Positions 62,481-64,000 of a stretch of DNA of 64,000 nucleotides are shown here, in pieces (position 1 is the first letter of the stretch; each line of letters opens with the position of its first letter). The notes beneath the pieces were generated by a model. That model saw only the letters and a list, made by a program, of their open reading frames with translations. It had not been told where the DNA came from and made no database searches. A program made the position numbers and the translations under genes. This stretch comes from Podarcis bocagei (lineage: Eukaryota): NCBI GenBank assembly GCA_964188305.1, contig OZ076892.1; one strand, given 5' to 3'.

Positions 62481-64000
62481 AATAAAGCTATGAAAATGAA
62501 TTGATGAGTTTCAATCCATCCCTTTTACGGTGGACTCTCCTCACCTGTCAAAGTGATCTAGCAGCCGTGATGAGTGATTCAATCATGGAACCCAGGAGTT
62601 CCCCTCTGCCTCTCTGGTTCTTCAAGTACAGCATGTGGCAAGAAACAGGTTTGGTTTTCCTCCTACGGCAACACCAACATGGCAGGGTCAGGGTCCAGAA
62701 ATCAGGGCAGCTTCTCAAACTCACTGGCCAGGTGATGTTCTGTTGTTCTTCCTCACTGAAAGGCTCCAAAGGGAGGTTGCTGCCTTCTTAAGTGCAGAAA
62801 GTCCAGGGAGAGGGATGCCAGTTTGCCAGTCGGTGGGGCTGCATGCCTGGGAAGACAAGGCTGTCACTCCTGCTGGTCACCCTTGTCTGTCTCTCCACAG
62901 CTCTCTGCTCCTCACTTGATGTCTTGCAAAAGAGAGACCCTGCTAGTCTCCTGGCCCCCACTGGGAAACATAAAACATACCCAAACACTGGAGAAAAACA
63001 GAATAAAATAGTGATACAATTTGATGTCCCCAAAAAGTCTGGACTGGATGCAGGGCTGCAGCCAGCAGCTGACTAGCCCTCTGAGTGCTGAGGAAGATTT
63101 TCCCCCACTTGTGGTCAGACCCAACAGCTCCAGCTCCTGCCTCAGAGACAGCTTGCTGAGGCGATGGGCTGCGGAAGGCCATCAGAGGTCTGGCATGGAG
63201 TTGAGGGCAGGCGCTGCCAAAACCAAGCAGGCTTCTAAGTGCATGCGCCCTACCACCAAAAAGGGGATCAGTTTCTAAAACCTCTAAGTTAGGATTGTGT
63301 AGCCACTCTCCAGAGAAACCAAGATCTCCCCCTACCAGAAGGGTGGAAAATAAGAATTCAGGTCACCCTCTGCCATGAATAAGAGTGAGTGGGGTGAGGT
63401 GGGAGAAGGTTGATGCTCACAGCCCAAGGCAGTCCTCCTCCAGTTTGGCCCTTGCAACTCCCTCATTACGCCTATTGTTGTAACACACACATACTGTATC
63501 CCACAATGCAATCCATCAACCACACTCAGAGCTGGTTCTACCTCTGGGCAAAAGGGACAGTTGTCATGTGTGCCAAGCCTCTTGGAGGTCTGAGAAAGCT
63601 GGCATATGGACCTCATAACTCCCCTCCCTCCCTCCCAAGCAGAGAGGTCCCCTTTTAGGCAGGAAGGCAGGAAGTCACTGTTCTGTAGATCAATGTGCTT
63701 CTGAATATGGGGGGGGGGGGTCCTCCACTTTCAATGGAAGTATATTGGTGAAAAATAGCTCTGAAAAATAGGCTGTTTCTGAAGGGGCCACTCAGTCTTA
63801 TGGACTATGCAGTTCTGCGCTAGGTCCAAAGCATGCATAGACAACCAGCATAAATCATTTGTGGCTTTGTGGGAGTAGGAGCTGGTCTTTCACACAGACA
63901 TACCAACTAGAATCAATGCAGGCCAATCTGCAAAACTGAATCAGTAGTTGAATCAGACCCAGGTTTGGTCCCCAATAATTTCTCCGGTTAGGGCTGGAGT

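Noticed and set aside
1-64000. CRISPR arrays, operons, rRNA or other prokaryotic systems
   Set aside because: This is eukaryotic intron-exon DNA; no repeat-spacer arrays or such genes were seen.

Overview
Vertebrate genomic DNA from a squamate reptile. The Sauria SINE, Bov-B and CR1 repeat content suggests a lacertid lizard, but the species is inferred, not shown. The window holds one complete protein-coding gene on the minus strand: a Dbl-family Rho GEF, best called PLEKHG4 (puratrophin-1). I reconstructed it by hand as 23 coding exons from 51616 down to 2116, all with GT-AG junctions and consistent phases, giving 5739 nt or about 1912 aa. The protein has an N-terminal ARHGEF40/KIAA1755/PLEKHG4B-type domain, a long low-complexity region, Sec14-like and spectrin-like regions, DH-PH, and a C-terminal ...YVSAV. 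The first coding exon contributes only the ATG, inside a CpG island, and the last contributes only Val plus stop. Introns and flanks carry many transposon relics: CR1, L2, a Bov-B tail, Sauria SINEs with target-site duplications (TSDs), hAT and Tc1/mariner-type MITEs, and a clean solo LTR. A 200-N assembly gap lies in intron 3. I found no convincing novel multi-gene system. The most interesting items are isoform-level hypotheses for PLEKHG4, a solo LTR with its TATA box inside a palindrome, and a 31-bp hairpin. Family assignments rest on recalled sequences, not database searches.
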